Positions 61,151-64,000 of a stretch of DNA of 64,000 nucleotides are shown one piece after another. How positions within the stretch are numbered: the stretch's first letter is position 1; each line of letters starts with the position of its first letter. Source of the DNA: Octopus bimaculoides (taxonomy: Eukaryota). Made by a program: the position numbers and the translations under genes. The DNA lies in the NCBI RefSeq assembly GCF_001194135.2, contig NC_068988.1, forward strand, positions 29,489,168-29,553,167, read 5' to 3'. Under the pieces are notes generated by a model. It was not told the DNA's origin, ran no database searches, and saw only the letters and a list, made by a program, of their open reading frames with translations.

Positions 61151-61453
61151 CTGAAACTTTATGTATAATAGTACATTTTCAAAGAATAATTTTCATTTTT
61201 TTGGAGTGATGTAATAAAAATAATAAAGATATTTCTACCCAAATACTGGAGTGTATATGTATATGTGTACATTTTGTCTTGAAGAAATTCAAGCTAATAG
61301 CAGTTACACATCCATATACCTTAAATTGAATTATGAAAGCTGTTTTAAAATTACCTTTAAGCAAATTTGAATAATGTCTCAAAATATCTTTCTTAAAACA
61401 AAGGAGGAATAGGTTTAAATATAATTTTGTACTGAGTCAATGATAATACATAC

Positions 61454-61556
61454 CATTCACCAGTAACGGTCATAAGTTTCATTGATGAACATAATAATCT
61501 TTGTAAATTAACACATGCTATATTCTTTCTTCTGGAATCAGCACGATTAGAATTGG
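61454..61556 (-). CDS. Candidate internal coding exon, product unknown
   Basis: Acceptor atgcttttgtcag, donor TG/GTATGT, open frame ANSNRADSRRKNIACVNLQRLLCSSMKLMTVTGEW. Confidence 0.3.
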
Positions 61557-61829
61557 CTGACAAAAGCATAATATAGACCATATCTTTCAGTGTTTATGCC
61601 AGATTGAGTACTTTCTACACTTACACATCTATTCTCTCCCTCACCTCATTCAGTATATCCATCTCTGACATTTCTGCTGTCATTGTTTCCTCTCATTATT
61701 CTGACCTTGGTACACATAACTTAGGTTACTGGATACCTTCCATTTTTACTGTGTACAAGGTGCACCACCTACTCTGCTACAAAAGAACCTGCCGTGTTCC
61801 TCCCACAGATTATTGGTGGTCGAGGCTGC

Positions 61830-62150
61830 CTCCCTAGTACTGGTGTCACAAAAAATGCACCCAGTATACACTGTAAAGTAACCAGCAAATGTGCAGATAA
61901 AGTGTAGCAAAGTACCTATAATCCTGTTTCATCAAGGTCTGTTTGGTCACTCTTGTGTTGGGGCCATGAGAAAATGCACCTAGTACACTCTTTAAAGTGG
62001 TTGGCAACAGCAAGGGCATCCAGCTGCAGCAATCAGTCCCATTGCCATGAGAATCAATCTTTTTGGTGTAGTGGCTCCCAATAAGAAATTACTCAAGCTG
62101 TGATTCTCCATCCAACTCATGCCAGAGGACATATGACGATGATGATGATG
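61830..62150 (+). mobile_element. Diverged family R 3' end
   Basis: ggtgtcacaaaaaatgcacccag...aagggcatccagctg...ccaactcatgccag followed by (GAT)n. Confidence 0.75.
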
Positions 62151-63121
62151 ACAATACCATACTTTTACAATGTTTTACTTGTAGAAGTACTAGTTCTAAA
62201 ATATAAAAAAAGAATATTGTGTTTATTTAATTTATTCATTTATATGAACTGCCTCATTTTTCATTTTATGTTATTTCAAATAAATATTTCTCTTAATTGC
62301 ACATATTATAAAAGTCAAAGTTGTATAATTAATTCATAACTAAGAGCCCTGGAACAATTGTTGACTGGAAAATACTTGGAGATTTGTTCTTTAGTTCTTC
62401 ATCTTTCAGTGATCAAGAATTAGACTGGTTACAGAAGTGAAGGGCAGCTTGAGTTTGTAGGTATCAAATTCGTTGGATGTCTAACTGTAACAGTTTGGTG
62501 ATTTATAACTTCAAACTTAATCCTACGACTTGTCCTTGAATATCAATGGAAAGTTTTTTCCATAATTGTCTTGGTACGACAGCGATTACAAGAAGCTCAA
62601 GCTCTAAAACTGAAAACTTTGCCTGAAATGATGGCTTAAAGTAGTTAATATTGAGAATAAATACTTCCTATTACTTGCTTCATTAGTTATCAGTATTTTC
62701 TTGAAAACCAGCTGGGAAGCTGTGTGTATCCTGTCAATAGTGTCACATCATATCCAAAGTCAAGACACTAGACTTTCGATAATTGAGTCTGCTTAGTTCT
62801 AAGTTAGTACCATAAATTATATAATCCAACACTGTAAGTAGCAGCATTGTGTAATTCTTTGGCTTGCAATACTGAAATCAATTTATCTGGCAGGTAAAGC
62901 TAGCTGTAATATATGAAGATGATTTATCTCATGTCTACTTACTGTGATAAAAACTTGAAATAAGAACTGGCCCCATATATCTTTGTGTTTTGGGAATGAT
63001 TTAGCTATGATTAATTTTATATTTTCATGTTTGTATGTAAGATTAAGGTTTTGAAATATCTAAAAGAAAGAAAAATGTTTGAGAGTTTTAGAATTTATAT
63101 TGTAAATTTTATTTCTTAAAA

Positions 63122-63320
63122 ATCATCACCATTATCATCATCATCATCATCGTTTAACATCCTCTTTCCATGCTAGCATGGGTTGGACGATTTGACTGAG
63201 GACTGGTGAACCAGATGGCGACACCAGGCTCCAATCTGACTTGGCAGAGTTTCTACAGCTGGGTGCCCTTCCTAATGCCAACCACTCCGAGAGTGTAGTG
63301 GGTGCTTTTATGCGCTACCA
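63122..63320 (-). mobile_element. Family R 3' end
   Basis: (ATC)n then cgtttaacatcctctttccatgctagcatgggttggacg...cccttcctaatgccaaccactccgagagtgtagtgggtgc. Confidence 0.9.
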
Positions 63321-64000
63321 GAATGAAGGCCAAAATTTAGTTTTTGCAACTGATGCATATTAAACATTGCAATTTTTTCTATATGGAATAGAGATTAGGA
63401 ATACAGATATCAACAACACTGAGATCTTAAATAAGGTTTTATTATTAAAACATATTTTGTTTAAATATTTTAAAAAGTAAGCAATTAATGATTAAAACTA
63501 AAATATATATTGTATTTCAATAAATTTATTTAAGTATTTTAATTTATTTTTTCTGAACAATACTTGTTATCTCTTAAGACATTTGAGGTTAAAACATCTG
63601 CAACACAGTAAGGACAGTAAATTCCTTAAAACTTCATTAGTTGTCGTATGTAGAATTGAAATAAGCTAAACAGATGCATATTAAAATAGTCAGAAAAGCA
63701 TATTAGTGTTTGTGTGGCCAACAAATGCATTAATGTAGTATAATTAAAATCTACATGATTAAAAATAGTATTAACTAAACTCAAAGATAATTTCAGTAAT
63801 ATTTTGGGTGGCCACAGATTGTATCAAAACATTATCCTGAGAAAAATATTCTGTTTGTAAAAATACAGATCTCTAAATTGGGTTCATGGCCCTAAATATT
63901 CAGGGAAGAGATTTTGTCAAATGAATGTCAATAAAATAACCACTTTACCTGTAGTTACTTTATAGTCATCCATAGAGATAACTGGCTGAGCCAATCAACC

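Noticed and set aside
62400-62640. CpG-containing segment with 35-45 codon open frames on both strands
   Set aside because: No frame has both good splice sites and a recognisable product.

Overview
AT-rich eukaryotic scaffold segment with four N-gaps. It is dominated by microsatellites, tRNA-derived SINEs and 5'-truncated LINE ends; the repeat families look like those of a coleoid cephalopod such as Octopus (inference from memory, not a search). No complete protein-coding gene, rRNA, tRNA or CRISPR array can be supported, and almost all ORF-track entries are microsatellite, N-run or repeat artefacts. Supported content: a Gypsy RT/RNaseH fragment (1-285); several RTE LINE remnants, the largest at 35.6-36.9 kb; a composite Helitron (40150-41497) with a Rep/helicase C-terminus; a probable piggyBac fossil (~28 kb); Penelope-like remnants including two degenerate minimal hammerhead motifs (45.0 and 48.7 kb); a U6 snRNA pseudogene fused to SINE pieces (48.0 kb); three SINE families; and many RTE 3' ends carrying a tandem, pseudoknot-capable ~65-nt unit. 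A few weak exon and promoter candidates suggest the region may lie in the introns or 5' region of an unidentified gene. Repeat boundaries are approximate (tens of bp) unless a terminal motif is quoted.
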